Origin: Candidatus Iainarchaeum sp.
GTDB lineage: Archaea; Iainarchaeota; Iainarchaeia; Iainarchaeales; Iainarchaeaceae
Assembly: GCA_043812975.1 (NCBI GenBank)
Contig: JBDRLP010000027.1
Span: 64,001 to 128,000 of the forward strand
Direction of reading: 5' to 3'
DNA length: 64,000 nt
Below are positions 36,401 to 45,861 of the stretch, in pieces (positions within the stretch are counted from its first letter, which is position 1; the number at the start of each line of letters is the position of its first letter). The notes under the pieces are model-generated. The model saw only the letters and a list, made by a program, of their open reading frames with translations. It did not search any database and had not been told where the DNA came from. The position numbers were made by a program, and so were the translations under genes.

Positions 36401-37978
36401 GTGGTTTTAATGGCATTTCAGTTTGCGGAAAAAAAAGGAAACAAGATTGATTCTTATGGTCAAACGGTTATCCATGAAGGATTCCCGTTTTTCTTTTATG
36501 ATGTAAAAGAACCAAAGTTTAATGAAGAAGAAAATATCATGAAGGAATCTTTGATTAATCTTATTATGGGCCGCTGGAGTTTTGATGAGGTTCAGGGGCA
36601 GCTGGAAAAACTTTTTTCAAAACAGTTTATGGAGCAGTTCAGGGAAAAAATAATCAAGCCGATAACTTATAGCGGTGCGATGGAATATTTGTTGCCAACT
36701 GATGATTATAATACTTTAAAATTAACTCTCATAACTTTGTTTAAGGAATTTTTACCGGTTGTAAAAAATCATTCTTTATTAGCAGACAAAATCCTTGGGG
36801 ACTCTATCGGTTACGGGAAAATAAATCCTTTTGTTATGGATGAAAGTTTAGAAGAAGTCATGGTTAATTCTTATGACAAGAACGTTTTTGTTTTTCACAA
36901 AAAGTACGGCCATTGTAAAACTAATATAGATTTTTCAAACAAAAAAGCCCTTGATAATTTGCTGCAAAAAATTGCTCACACTATAGGAAAAAAGTTTGAT
37001 GCTGACAATCCTTTATTGGACGCACGTCTTCCTGACGGTAACAGAGCTAATGCAACTTTTGCTTATGTAACTCCATTTGGCCCAAGCCTTACAATCAGGA
37101 AATTTTCCAGTGTTCCTCTTAGTATTGTTGATTTAATTTCCAATAATACGATTTCAAGTGAATTGGCAGCATTTCTTTGGGTTATGGTTGAGGGTATGGG
37201 TGTTGAGCCAATGAATCTTATTGTTACCGGCGGTTCTGGTTCAGGAAAAACAACTACTTTGAATGCTTTGACTGCTTTTGTAAGATACCCTGAAAGAATT
37301 ATTTCCATTGAAGATACGCTTGAACTGCGTTTGTTGGGGCGGCAAAATTGGGTTCAGATGGAATCCAGGCCAGCAATGAAAGGACAGGAAGGTGTTACCA
37401 TGGATGACTTGTTAAAAAATGCTATGAGAATGAGGCCTGATCGCATTATTGTTGGGGAAGTAAGAGGAAAAGAAGCAGAAACTCTCTTTGTTGCAATGGA
37501 CACCGGCCATAAAGGATCAATGGGAACATTGCATAGTAATTCTGCCAAAGAAATGCTTCTAAGATTAAAATCAGAACCTATGGGTGTTCCTGATTCTTTA
37601 ATTCCTTTACTTAATCTTATTATTGTTCAGTACAGGCTTTATGTTAAAGGGAAAGGCATCGAGAGAAGAGTAATATCTGTTACTGAGGTAAGTTCTATGG
37701 ATAATCATGCTTTGCTCAGTAATGTGTATGAGTGGGACCGCGGAACTGATTTTGTGAAAAGAACCGATGTTCCGATGAAACTTATGGAGACCTTATCTGA
37801 AAAAACATTAAAAACTAAAAAAGAGGTTGAAATGGAGATTAATGTTAGAAAAAGGATTCTTGAATGGATGATGAAGAACGATATCCATTTCCAGCCTGAA
37901 GTAGAAGTGGTTGTTCAGCAGTATTATTATAATCCTGAAGCTCTTTTAGAAAAAGTTCTTGCTGAAGATTCTCAATAA
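36401..37978 (+). CDS. CpaF/TadA-family secretion/pilus ATPase (orphan paralog)
   Basis: LDARLPDG.R, GGSGSGKTT, IEDTLEL, RMRPDRIIVGEVRG, TGH..TLH. Confidence 0.93.
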   Translation: MVLMAFQFAEKKGNKIDSYGQTVIHEGFPFFFYDVKEPKFNEEENIMKESLINLIMGRWSFDEVQGQLEKLFSKQFMEQFREKIIKPITYSGAMEYLLPTDDYNTLKLTLITLFKEFLPVVKNHSLLADKILGDSIGYGKINPFVMDESLEEVMVNSYDKNVFVFHKKYGHCKTNIDFSNKKALDNLLQKIAHTIGKKFDADNPLLDARLPDGNRANATFAYVTPFGPSLTIRKFSSVPLSIVDLISNNTISSELAAFLWVMVEGMGVEPMNLIVTGGSGSGKTTTLNALTAFVRYPERIISIEDTLELRLLGRQNWVQMESRPAMKGQEGVTMDDLLKNAMRMRPDRIIVGEVRGKEAETLFVAMDTGHKGSMGTLHSNSAKEMLLRLKSEPMGVPDSLIPLLNLIIVQYRLYVKGKGIERRVISVTEVSSMDNHALLSNVYEWDRGTDFVKRTDVPMKLMETLSEKTLKTKKEVEMEINVRKRILEWMMKNDIHFQPEVEVVVQQYYYNPEALLEKVLAEDSQ

Positions 37979-38569
37979 TTATTTCAAATATTTTTTGAAT
38001 GTTTTTTCAAGTTTTTCAAGTCTCGTATAATTTTTTCTAACTAATTCATTTGCTTCTTTCAACACATTCAGTAATTGTTTTTCGCTTATAAGTTTTTCTT
38101 CTCCGTTTTTTACCGGAAATTCCATTTTTTCAGTGCCCTGTAATTCTATTATGAATTTTCCTTTTTCAGCAAGCATTATCCCGCCTCTTTTGACTCCTGC
38201 TTCTTTCATTGCTTTCAAAATCACATTTGATTTTTCTAAATCTGCACATCCAATATGCAGAATAAATGGATCTACTTTAAACCAGAGTTTTCCTTTTACT
38301 TTTTCATTAAAACCTTCTTTCAGTTCTTTTTTTGTGATTTCTCTATGCCATTTTCTGTGAAAAAAATTGTCAATTTTTTTGTTGCTTCTTTTTTCAAGCA
38401 GGATTATTCTTCCGCTACAGCAACTGGAAGTGTAGTAGTTTTTTGTTGAAACCACGTCATCACAAAGCCCCTGCATCTGTTCATCTACCTTTCCTTGGAT
38501 TAAAGCCGTTTTGTAAGTGTTAGTATGTCTTTGTTTTATCATATCAAATCTGGTTGGCTTATCTTTCAT
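37979..38569 (-). CDS. tyw3: tRNA wybutosine methyltransferase Tyw3/Taw3
   Basis: YTSSCCSGRI, KWH, PFILHI. Confidence 0.9.
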   Translation of the reverse strand: MKDKPTRFDMIKQRHTNTYKTALIQGKVDEQMQGLCDDVVSTKNYYTSSCCSGRIILLEKRSNKKIDNFFHRKWHREITKKELKEGFNEKVKGKLWFKVDPFILHIGCADLEKSNVILKAMKEAGVKRGGIMLAEKGKFIIELQGTEKMEFPVKNGEEKLISEKQLLNVLKEANELVRKNYTRLEKLEKTFKKYLK

Positions 38570-38612
38570 ATAAAGTCCCTCTTTTTGGTCTCTTATAGGC
38601 TTTTTTGACCAA

Positions 38613-39464
38613 TTGTTTTATTTATTCTTCTGCTGCAATTTTATTTTGGGGGAATTAATTTTGTTTAAACCTATTATTGTATTAAGCATGCTTTTATTGC
38701 TAGCCTCATTGGCTTTTGCCGAGGTTAATGTTCTTTATCCTGTGGAAGCAACCCTTCAAAATGGTAATACTATTCAGGCTGGCTCAGTAGGCCCCAATCA
38801 GGTTTTTGAATTGATTTTTTCAGATAATTCAGGTCATGGTTTTGAGTGGGACACTGTTACAGTTAATGAAGCTTCACTTCCGGCAGGTTGGACAATTGTT
38901 TCCCAAAATAATACTGACACTTCTTTAATAGTAAATATCGGCGTTCCTAAAAACGCTCAGCCAAACTTTTATGTTATTGAGCTTTCATTATCAAATAGTA
39001 ATAATCCTGCTGTGAAAGATTCAGTTAGTGTTAGTGTTGTTGTAAAACAAAATCTGTTAGATGTTTCTTTTATAAGGCCTTCAATAGAAAATGTTTCTGT
39101 TGTCGGTGAATCTGTTTTTTACAAAGGGGTTGTTTCTAATTCCTCAATAGCTCCGCAAAAAATTGTTTTTTCTTCCGATGTTCCTTCTAATTGGTTTGAA
39201 AGTATTGTTTTTGAAGCAGATCCGAACAGCATGGAAGAAATCGAACTTGAACTAAATCCTAAGTCTTATGGAAAACATTATTTTTCTTTTCAAGTATTGG
39301 ATGAGGAAAGCACAATAATTAAGAGTTATTCTTCAGAATTAAACGTACACCCTACATTGAAGGGAAAGTTCAGTTCTGCATTCTCTGGTTTTCCTTTCTT
39401 TACTTTCAGTTTGGTGCCATTCCAATTATTAGCTTCTTTTATTTCCTTAATTTTGCCTAATTAA
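38613..39464 (+). CDS. Secreted, membrane-anchored Ig-like protein (start probably about 38661)
   Basis: Signal peptide LAFA/EV, beta-rich body, hydrophobic C-terminus. Confidence 0.7.
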   Translation: MFYLFFCCNFILGELILFKPIIVLSMLLLLASLAFAEVNVLYPVEATLQNGNTIQAGSVGPNQVFELIFSDNSGHGFEWDTVTVNEASLPAGWTIVSQNNTDTSLIVNIGVPKNAQPNFYVIELSLSNSNNPAVKDSVSVSVVVKQNLLDVSFIRPSIENVSVVGESVFYKGVVSNSSIAPQKIVFSSDVPSNWFESIVFEADPNSMEEIELELNPKSYGKHYFSFQVLDEESTIIKSYSSELNVHPTLKGKFSSAFSGFPFFTFSLVPFQLLASFISLILPN

Positions 39465-41166
39465 GAATTTTTCCCATATAAATTCCATCTCTTTTGTAAC
39501 CTAATTTTTTCAAATAGTATTCTCTGGCCCCAACACCACTTATAACAAGTAATTTATCTGCATTAAATTGTTCTTTTGCAATTTTTTCAGCTCGTTCCAT
39601 CAATTTTTTACCAAAACCTTTGTGTTGGGTGCTTTCAGAATCTGTTTTTCCTATTCCTACTTCTAATCCAAGAACATGTAATTCTCTAACTACGCAAGTT
39701 TTTTCAGTGAACTCTTTTCTGAATGGTTTCCAAGGCTTTCTTAATCTGCAAAATCCAACTATTAAGTTATTCTTTGTGTCCTCAAATGAAATAAAAACTT
39801 CTTTCCCTTTACTTGCTTCATATTCTGTTTCAACCAACTCAACTTTCGAATATTCTGTTTCTATCCCTTTTCTCTGGTTTATACCTGATTCTCGGCATCT
39901 TATACATTTGCACTTAATTCCTTTCTCCCTTGCTTTTTTCTCAATTATCTGCCTTAAATTATTTTTATCAACTCCTCCTTTGGAGTACTTTGTTGGAATA
40001 TCTCTTTGTACACGATGTACTCTTGTGTAAGAAGGAAAATATTTTTTTGCTTCAGAAATAATATCCGCGGCTTTTTCAGTATCTAAAGGAGTAAACTTCC
40101 CGTTTTCGTAAAGTTTTTCTAATGCAGTTCCTGGCATAACCATGCAAGGATAAATCTTCAATCCATCTGGTTTAAAATCAGGATTCTCAAACAAGTCCTT
40201 AAACATTTCAATATCTTTTTCTTCAGAACTAAGCGGTTGACCAGGCATCATGTGATAAGTAACTTTCAATCCGGAATCTTTCAAAAGCCTTGTTGCTTCT
40301 ATCGTATCTTCTATTGTGTGCCCTCTGTTAGTATATTTCAGAATGTTGTTGCTTGTGCTCTGAACTCCAAGTTCAACTCTTGTAGTTCCCAGTTTTAACA
40401 TCTGGTCAATTTCTTTTTCTTTACACCAATCAGGTTTTGTTTCAATACACAGGGTAACTATTCTTACATTAGCTTTCTCATTTCGTAAATGTTCTTTTTC
40501 AACATTAGCTTCATGTTTTTGTTTAAGCAATTTTTCTTTTAGGTTTTTGTTTAATTCCTTGTTTTGTTTTGAAAAAATTTTATTGAACTTTTCTGAATTA
40601 AATTTTCCTTTTGAAAACAGGTTTTTTGAAAAATCGTTCGTAGCTTGGAATGCTCCTGAAATAAATTCCTTCTGATATTCAAAAGTAAAACTTGGGAAAG
40701 TTCCGCCCATAATTATTAGCTCCAATTTTTGTGGGTTGTGGGCTGTAGAATAATATTGTGACAATCGGTTCATTGTCTGGAGGTAAGAATCATAAGAATT
40801 GTTTATTGCCCGCATTGTTGCAGGTTCATTTCCAGTGTAGCTTTGCGGGACATCCCCGAAAAAACTATTGGGGCCTCCGGGACAGTAAATGCATGTTCCG
40901 TGTGGACAGTTTATTGGTTTTGTCATTATTGCTATTGGTGCAACCCCTGAAAGTGTTCTTAATGGTTTTATTAAAAGTATTTTGCTTAATTTTTTTGACG
41001 GGTTTTTTGAATGGCTTAAAATATCAGGGTTGGACGGAACTTCGTTTAAACCAATTTCTTTTCCAACCTGTAGCTTTAATTTATTCAGTTCTTCTTTAGT
41101 GTTAATTTTGTTTTTTTCAACCGCATTTATTATTTGGGTGCAGAATTGCTGTAATTTTGTTGCCAT
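39457..41166 (-). CDS. elp3: Elp3 tRNA U34 acetyltransferase (radical SAM + GNAT)
   Basis: RTLSGVAP, CPHGTCIYCPGG, ELGVQS, RVQRDIP, QHKGFG. Confidence 0.96.
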   Translation of the reverse strand: MATKLQQFCTQIINAVEKNKINTKEELNKLKLQVGKEIGLNEVPSNPDILSHSKNPSKKLSKILLIKPLRTLSGVAPIAIMTKPINCPHGTCIYCPGGPNSFFGDVPQSYTGNEPATMRAINNSYDSYLQTMNRLSQYYSTAHNPQKLELIIMGGTFPSFTFEYQKEFISGAFQATNDFSKNLFSKGKFNSEKFNKIFSKQNKELNKNLKEKLLKQKHEANVEKEHLRNEKANVRIVTLCIETKPDWCKEKEIDQMLKLGTTRVELGVQSTSNNILKYTNRGHTIEDTIEATRLLKDSGLKVTYHMMPGQPLSSEEKDIEMFKDLFENPDFKPDGLKIYPCMVMPGTALEKLYENGKFTPLDTEKAADIISEAKKYFPSYTRVHRVQRDIPTKYSKGGVDKNNLRQIIEKKAREKGIKCKCIRCRESGINQRKGIETEYSKVELVETEYEASKGKEVFISFEDTKNNLIVGFCRLRKPWKPFRKEFTEKTCVVRELHVLGLEVGIGKTDSESTQHKGFGKKLMERAEKIAKEQFNADKLLVISGVGAREYYLKKLGYKRDGIYMGKILN

Positions 41167-41222
41167 GATTCAATTTTTTGCTTCGAAAAGGTTTTTATTG
41201 GGTGTTAGCGTTCTTTTTTTGA

Positions 41223-41528
41223 ATGACTAAAGCAGCAGAACAAGAATTTGTGAGTTATGTGCAAAACTATCCTGAATGCTATGCTATTGCACAATCTGAG
41301 ATGTTCATGAAATTTTTAAATTTCATTTCAGAGGCTCCTAGGTCGGTTTCTGAGCTTTTAACGAATATTCCAAATATTGAGGATTTTGATTTAAGGCTTA
41401 TTGTTCTTGCTTTAGAATCAGCAAAACTCATTAAAAGAAGCAGAAATATTCAATCCGAGGTTTATTATCTCACTAATAAGGGAAAAACTCTTATAACTAA
41501 ATATAAAAAGGCAAAAAAAGGTCTTTAA
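41223..41528 (+). CDS. Winged-helix protein
   Basis: LESAKLI...YYLTNKGK wing motif. Confidence 0.7.
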   Translation: MTKAAEQEFVSYVQNYPECYAIAQSEMFMKFLNFISEAPRSVSELLTNIPNIEDFDLRLIVLALESAKLIKRSRNIQSEVYYLTNKGKTLITKYKKAKKGL

Positions 41529-41618
41529 GGGGGCATTTAAACACGCTTTGAGCCGTTCTCTTTTATAAATATATTATATACTACACTATATATTAACAGT
41601 TAAAGTTGGGGGATTTTT

Positions 41619-41966
41619 TTGGGGAAAATACTTTTAGCAGTTCTTGGAATAGGAAAAGGTACTTGGGGTCACGTAGCTAGGCTTATTTCAGAAGAAGAAT
41701 GGGATAAAATTCTTCTGATTTCTAATGAGTGGGGTAAAGAAAATTTTGCTCCTGCAAAAGAATGCGAATGGATTATTGTTAATAACAGAGCAGGCTTTGA
41801 AATAATCAAAGACGAAATAAAAAACAATCTTCCTGATAGCGAGTTAGCAGTTTCACTTATCAGCGGTTCAGGAAAAGAACACATGGCTATTCTTGTTGCT
41901 TTGAAAGCAAAAAAATCAAAGTACGAAATAGTAATCCTTACTGGCGAAGGAACAAAATATTATTAA
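41619..41966 (+). CDS. Stand-alone Rossmann/CARF-like protein
   Basis: LLAVLGIGKGTW, DKILLI, AVSLISGSGKEHMA. Confidence 0.55.
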   Translation: MGKILLAVLGIGKGTWGHVARLISEEEWDKILLISNEWGKENFAPAKECEWIIVNNRAGFEIIKDEIKNNLPDSELAVSLISGSGKEHMAILVALKAKKSKYEIVILTGEGTKYY

Positions 41967-41973
41967 TCGCACT

Positions 41974-42026
41974 TTTTCTTTTCTCTTTCCAAGAGAAAAT
42001 AAAACCTGCACTAAAAGAAAAGAGAA
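41974..42026. repeat. Triplex-geometry element T3
   Basis: ttttcttttctctt-tcc-aagagaaaataaaa-cctgcact-aaaagaaaagagaa. Confidence 0.75.
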
Positions 42027-42069
42027 TAGCTTCGCATACTAATTTATTCTTCTCTTTCCTATTCTTTTA

Positions 42070-42438
42070 ATGCTTGATTTAATTTTTTTACTGGTTTTAG
42101 TTGTTGCAATTATTTTATTTCTTCTAGTTCTGTTTTTACTTTCCAGATTAAGTTCTTTAGGACAACAATTGAGTGAATTAAAGTTTTCCAAATCATCCCA
42201 GTCAGTTAAATATGGTAAAATGACAGAACAGTTTATTCCTTTTACAAAAGATTTTCCATTTAACCCAGAGGACTTCAGGTTCCTTGGCAATCCTATTGAC
42301 GGTGTTGTTTTTGAGGAAGATAAAGTTGTTTTTGCAGAATTCAAAACAGCTTCTTCTCAGCTTTCACAAAAACAAAGAAACATTCGTGATTTAATTAAGT
42401 CAAAAAAAGTTGAATGGTTTGAATATAAATTAAAGTGA
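42070..42438 (+). CDS. Membrane-anchored Holliday-junction-resolvase-like PD-(D/E)xK protein
   Basis: GKMTEQFIPF, DFRFLGNPIDGVVF, EFKT. Confidence 0.85.
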   Translation: MLDLIFLLVLVVAIILFLLVLFLLSRLSSLGQQLSELKFSKSSQSVKYGKMTEQFIPFTKDFPFNPEDFRFLGNPIDGVVFEEDKVVFAEFKTASSQLSQKQRNIRDLIKSKKVEWFEYKLK

Positions 42439-42439
42439 A

Positions 42440-42823
42440 TTATTTTCTCTTAAACTTTTTGAGTCCTTTGTAAAACTTTTCTTCATCAACCACCTGTTTC
42501 AGAGTTTTACTTTCAATTGTTTGTTTTACAATAGAATTAACAAATCCAAGAATAAGAATTAATCCCGCGAACACATAAACTATTGTAAAAATCTTTCCAA
42601 TATCAGTTTTTGGTGCCAAATCACCATAACCAACAGTAGTCAGAGTTATTACTGTAAAGTACAAAGAATCCAATAAGTTCCAATGTTCTATATAACTGTA
42701 AAAAATAGTGCCAATTCCAAGTGTTACTCCTAATAGAAGGATAAGTGCTTCTGTTTCAGCATCCCTAAAACCGCGCCAGATGGCTCTAATAAAAAACAGT
42801 GCTTTTTGGATATATGCTTTCAT
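42440..42823 (-). CDS. Two-TM potassium channel
   Basis: TTVGYGD selectivity filter. Confidence 0.94.
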   Translation of the reverse strand: MKAYIQKALFFIRAIWRGFRDAETEALILLLGVTLGIGTIFYSYIEHWNLLDSLYFTVITLTTVGYGDLAPKTDIGKIFTIVYVFAGLILILGFVNSIVKQTIESKTLKQVVDEEKFYKGLKKFKRK

Positions 42824-42870
42824 TTTGAACGTTTAGAGTAAGCATTTTGTCAGATTTAAAGGTTACTCTA

Positions 42871-43911
42871 TTATTTCCACCCTGATTTATACCTGAGAAC
42901 TGCGGCGATTCCGCCAAAACCAAGTATTTTTTCTCCGGATTCATTTTTACCTGAAATAAAAATTATTTTTCCCTGCAATTGTTCTGCTTTATCCAGTATT
43001 TGTTCTGTTTCTTCTCTTTTTTCAGAAAGCATTTTTTCATGAACCACTAGTTCATCAACTGCACCGGAATCCATTGCTTTTTTTACTTCATCAAAACCAA
43101 TTGCACTTAACCCGTCAGAAAGTCCTGCAAGAATTTTTTCCATTGCTTTTGTTTCTTCTGCAGCATGGAATCCTTCAATGAGTTTGTCAATTTTTCCGCT
43201 TTTTATGAGTTCATTTAACCCTGTTAGCCCTACTGAATTTGTTGATTCGAAGATTGGTTTTAACTTAGAATTTTTTTCATTTAAGAATTTTTCAAAATTC
43301 TGTTTCTCAAAACCAGGGCCTGCTATAACAATTTTTTTAGGTTCAAGTTCAGTTAGTTTTTTTAAGAGTTCCTCGAAGTAAGGGTTTCCTTTTTCAGTAT
43401 TCTCAAATCTTTTGCCGCTTTTTTTTCCAAGAATTTTTGCTTTCTTATCTAATCCGGAATCTTTCAGAAAAGCAAGTTCGGCTTCCTCATCATCCATAAC
43501 CACTAATAACAAATTTTCTCTTCCAGATGCTTTTTTAGCCCGTTCAAGTCTATCAAGGTGGTATTTTTTCAATGCTTTTTTTGTAACCCTTACCTTTTCT
43601 CCAACCTCAGCTTCAATTGTATGGTGGCTTTTCAATTCTACTAGTTCCTCTGGTTTTGCTGAAACAACAATTCCCTGAATCCTGAGCTGGTTTGTTGCTT
43701 CATGGAATTCTGCTTTTTCAACTTCCAGTTCTACAAAAATTTTCTGTTTGAAAGCCTTTTCTCCTTCATTTTTTGGCTTGATTTTTCTTTCAGACTCGCC
43801 GCTAACCAAATCACCTTTCTCTATGAGTTTTTCTATATGCCAGAGATCATCAAATGAATCCGGAATGGCTTCAAAATAATTGTTTTTCCGGTCAACTTTG
43901 AGTATTTTCAT
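42871..43911 (-). CDS. pelA: Pelota (aDom34)
   Basis: DDLWHI, HHTI, IAGPGF.K, FGGIAAVLRY. Confidence 0.95.
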   Translation of the reverse strand: MKILKVDRKNNYFEAIPDSFDDLWHIEKLIEKGDLVSGESERKIKPKNEGEKAFKQKIFVELEVEKAEFHEATNQLRIQGIVVSAKPEELVELKSHHTIEAEVGEKVRVTKKALKKYHLDRLERAKKASGRENLLLVVMDDEEAELAFLKDSGLDKKAKILGKKSGKRFENTEKGNPYFEELLKKLTELEPKKIVIAGPGFEKQNFEKFLNEKNSKLKPIFESTNSVGLTGLNELIKSGKIDKLIEGFHAAEETKAMEKILAGLSDGLSAIGFDEVKKAMDSGAVDELVVHEKMLSEKREETEQILDKAEQLQGKIIFISGKNESGEKILGFGGIAAVLRYKSGWK

Positions 43912-43988
43912 GATAAATCATGTGGCTGTAAACAGTTAAAAAACCTTAGAACTGAAATCTTAGAATGACCCGAGTAGCAGTATTGGAA

Positions 43989-44056
43989 CCACAGTTGCGG
44001 CTGTGGACGCCCTTCGGGCGGCGTACTATCTTTGCCTTTAGAAGGCTCGATAGTAC
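43989..44056. repeat. GC-rich structured element, variant copy E
   Basis: ccacag-ttgcgg-ctgtgg, an extra cgccc-ttc-gggcg hairpin, then gc-gtactatc...tc-gatagtac. Confidence 0.65.
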
Positions 44057-44073
44057 TTACGAGAGATGAGTGT

Positions 44074-45852
44074 ATGACTAGAGTAGCTGTGCTGGAAAAG
44101 GACCGTTGTATCAACAAAGAAGGCTGTAATTTCATTTGCGGAAAGGTTTGTCCAGTGAATAGAGCAGGCAAGGAATGCATTTCTTTGGAGAAGGAAACAA
44201 ATAAACCAGTAATAAATGAAAACCTCTGCATAGGCTGCAATATTTGCGTTCAGAAATGTCCTGTTGATTGCATTTACATTGAAAACCTTGTACAGGAACT
44301 GAATGAAGAACCGGTTCAGAGGTTTGGTGAAAACGAGTTTAGGGTTTACAGGTTGCCTCTGATTAGAGAAGGGGAAATAGTAGGTTTGATTGGAAGAAAC
44401 GGAATCGGAAAAACCACTATTCTGAAAATTCTTTCAGGCCAGTTAATACCGAATTTAGGGGATTATGAAAATGAATCAAATTATGATAAAGTAATTGCTT
44501 TTTTTAGAGGAAGAGAATTGCAGGATTATTTTTCGTCATTAAAAGAAAAATTAATAAAAGTTTCTTTCAAACCCCAGAACATTAATGATATTCCAAAAAA
44601 TTTTAAGGGAAATGTAAATGAGTTGCTGAAAAAAGTTGATGAAAGAAAAAAACTTGGAGAAATCACAAAAATACTCAATTTAGAAAAAATTTTGGATAGA
44701 GACTTAAAAAGTTTAAGCGGAGGAGAACTACAAAGAGTTGCTATTGCAGCAGCTGCTTTGAAAGATGCTGATTTTTATGCGTTTGATGAACCCACCTCTT
44801 ATTTGGATGTTAAAGAAAGACTAAACATGGCTTCCTTGTTAAGGTCTCTGGCAAGTGAAAAGAAAACAGTTATTGTAATTGAACACGACTTAGCGGTTTT
44901 GGATTACTTGAGTGATTATGTGCATTTGCTTTATGGAAAAAAATCTGTTTATGGAATTGTTTCAAATTCCAAAAGCGTGAAAAACGGTATTAATGAATTT
45001 TTGGATGGTTTTGTAAAGGATGAAAATGTCAGGTTCAGAAAAGAAGAATTAAAATTTGAAGTTAAACCATCAACTGATTTTAAAATGAAAAATATTGCTG
45101 CTAAATACCCATCTATGAAAAAATCTTTCAAGGATTTTTCTTTAGAAATCGAGGGCAGTGAATTCAGAGAAGCAGAAGTTCTTGGTATTATGGGTCCTAA
45201 TGGAATCGGTAAAACAACTTTTGTAAAAATGCTTGCAGGAGTTGAAAAACCAGATGAAGGTTCTATTGATCTTTCTCTAAAAGTTTCTTACAAGCCTCAA
45301 TACCTTGCTGCTGAACATGGAGTTACTGTTGCTGATTTTATTGCTTCTCAAAATATTGACAGGGCTATTTTCAAGCAGGAAGTTGACAGGCGTCTTTTCA
45401 TCAGTGAGTTGGAAAACCATAAGTTAGAGGAACTTTCAGGAGGAGAACTTCAGAAGGTTGCTGTTGGAATGGCTTTATGCAGAAATGATGCTGAATTAGT
45501 GCTTTTAGATGAACCAACGGCGTTTGTTGATATTGAAGACCGTCTCAATATGGCTGATACTATAAGATCTGTTACTGATTCAAAAAAGAAAGTTTGTTTG
45601 GTTGTTGACCACGATATTTTGTTTCAGGATTATGTCAGCGACCGCTTAATGATTTTTGAAGGAGAATCCTCAGTAAGAGGTTTAGCAAGAAAGCCTTTCA
45701 CAATGCATGATGGGATGAATCATTTCCTCAAAGAAATGGGTCTCAGCCTAAGAAGGGAAATTTCGAATGGTAGGCCTAGAATAAACAAACCAGGTTCTCA
45801 ATTGGATCAGGAACAGAGAGCTAAAGGAGAATATTATTACGCAAAAGGATAG
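44074..45852 (+). CDS. rli: Ribosome recycling ATPase ABCE1 (RLI)
   Basis: N-terminal Fe-S Cys cluster and two ABC domains (GIGKTT, LSGGELQ). Confidence 0.97.
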   Translation: MTRVAVLEKDRCINKEGCNFICGKVCPVNRAGKECISLEKETNKPVINENLCIGCNICVQKCPVDCIYIENLVQELNEEPVQRFGENEFRVYRLPLIREGEIVGLIGRNGIGKTTILKILSGQLIPNLGDYENESNYDKVIAFFRGRELQDYFSSLKEKLIKVSFKPQNINDIPKNFKGNVNELLKKVDERKKLGEITKILNLEKILDRDLKSLSGGELQRVAIAAAALKDADFYAFDEPTSYLDVKERLNMASLLRSLASEKKTVIVIEHDLAVLDYLSDYVHLLYGKKSVYGIVSNSKSVKNGINEFLDGFVKDENVRFRKEELKFEVKPSTDFKMKNIAAKYPSMKKSFKDFSLEIEGSEFREAEVLGIMGPNGIGKTTFVKMLAGVEKPDEGSIDLSLKVSYKPQYLAAEHGVTVADFIASQNIDRAIFKQEVDRRLFISELENHKLEELSGGELQKVAVGMALCRNDAELVLLDEPTAFVDIEDRLNMADTIRSVTDSKKKVCLVVDHDILFQDYVSDRLMIFEGESSVRGLARKPFTMHDGMNHFLKEMGLSLRREISNGRPRINKPGSQLDQEQRAKGEYYYAKG

Positions 45853-45861
45853 ATTTTACAA

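Noticed and set aside
43061..43070. gcaccgg partial motif inside pelota (also near 58314)
   Set aside because: Only a 7-nt core match inside coding sequence, expected by chance.
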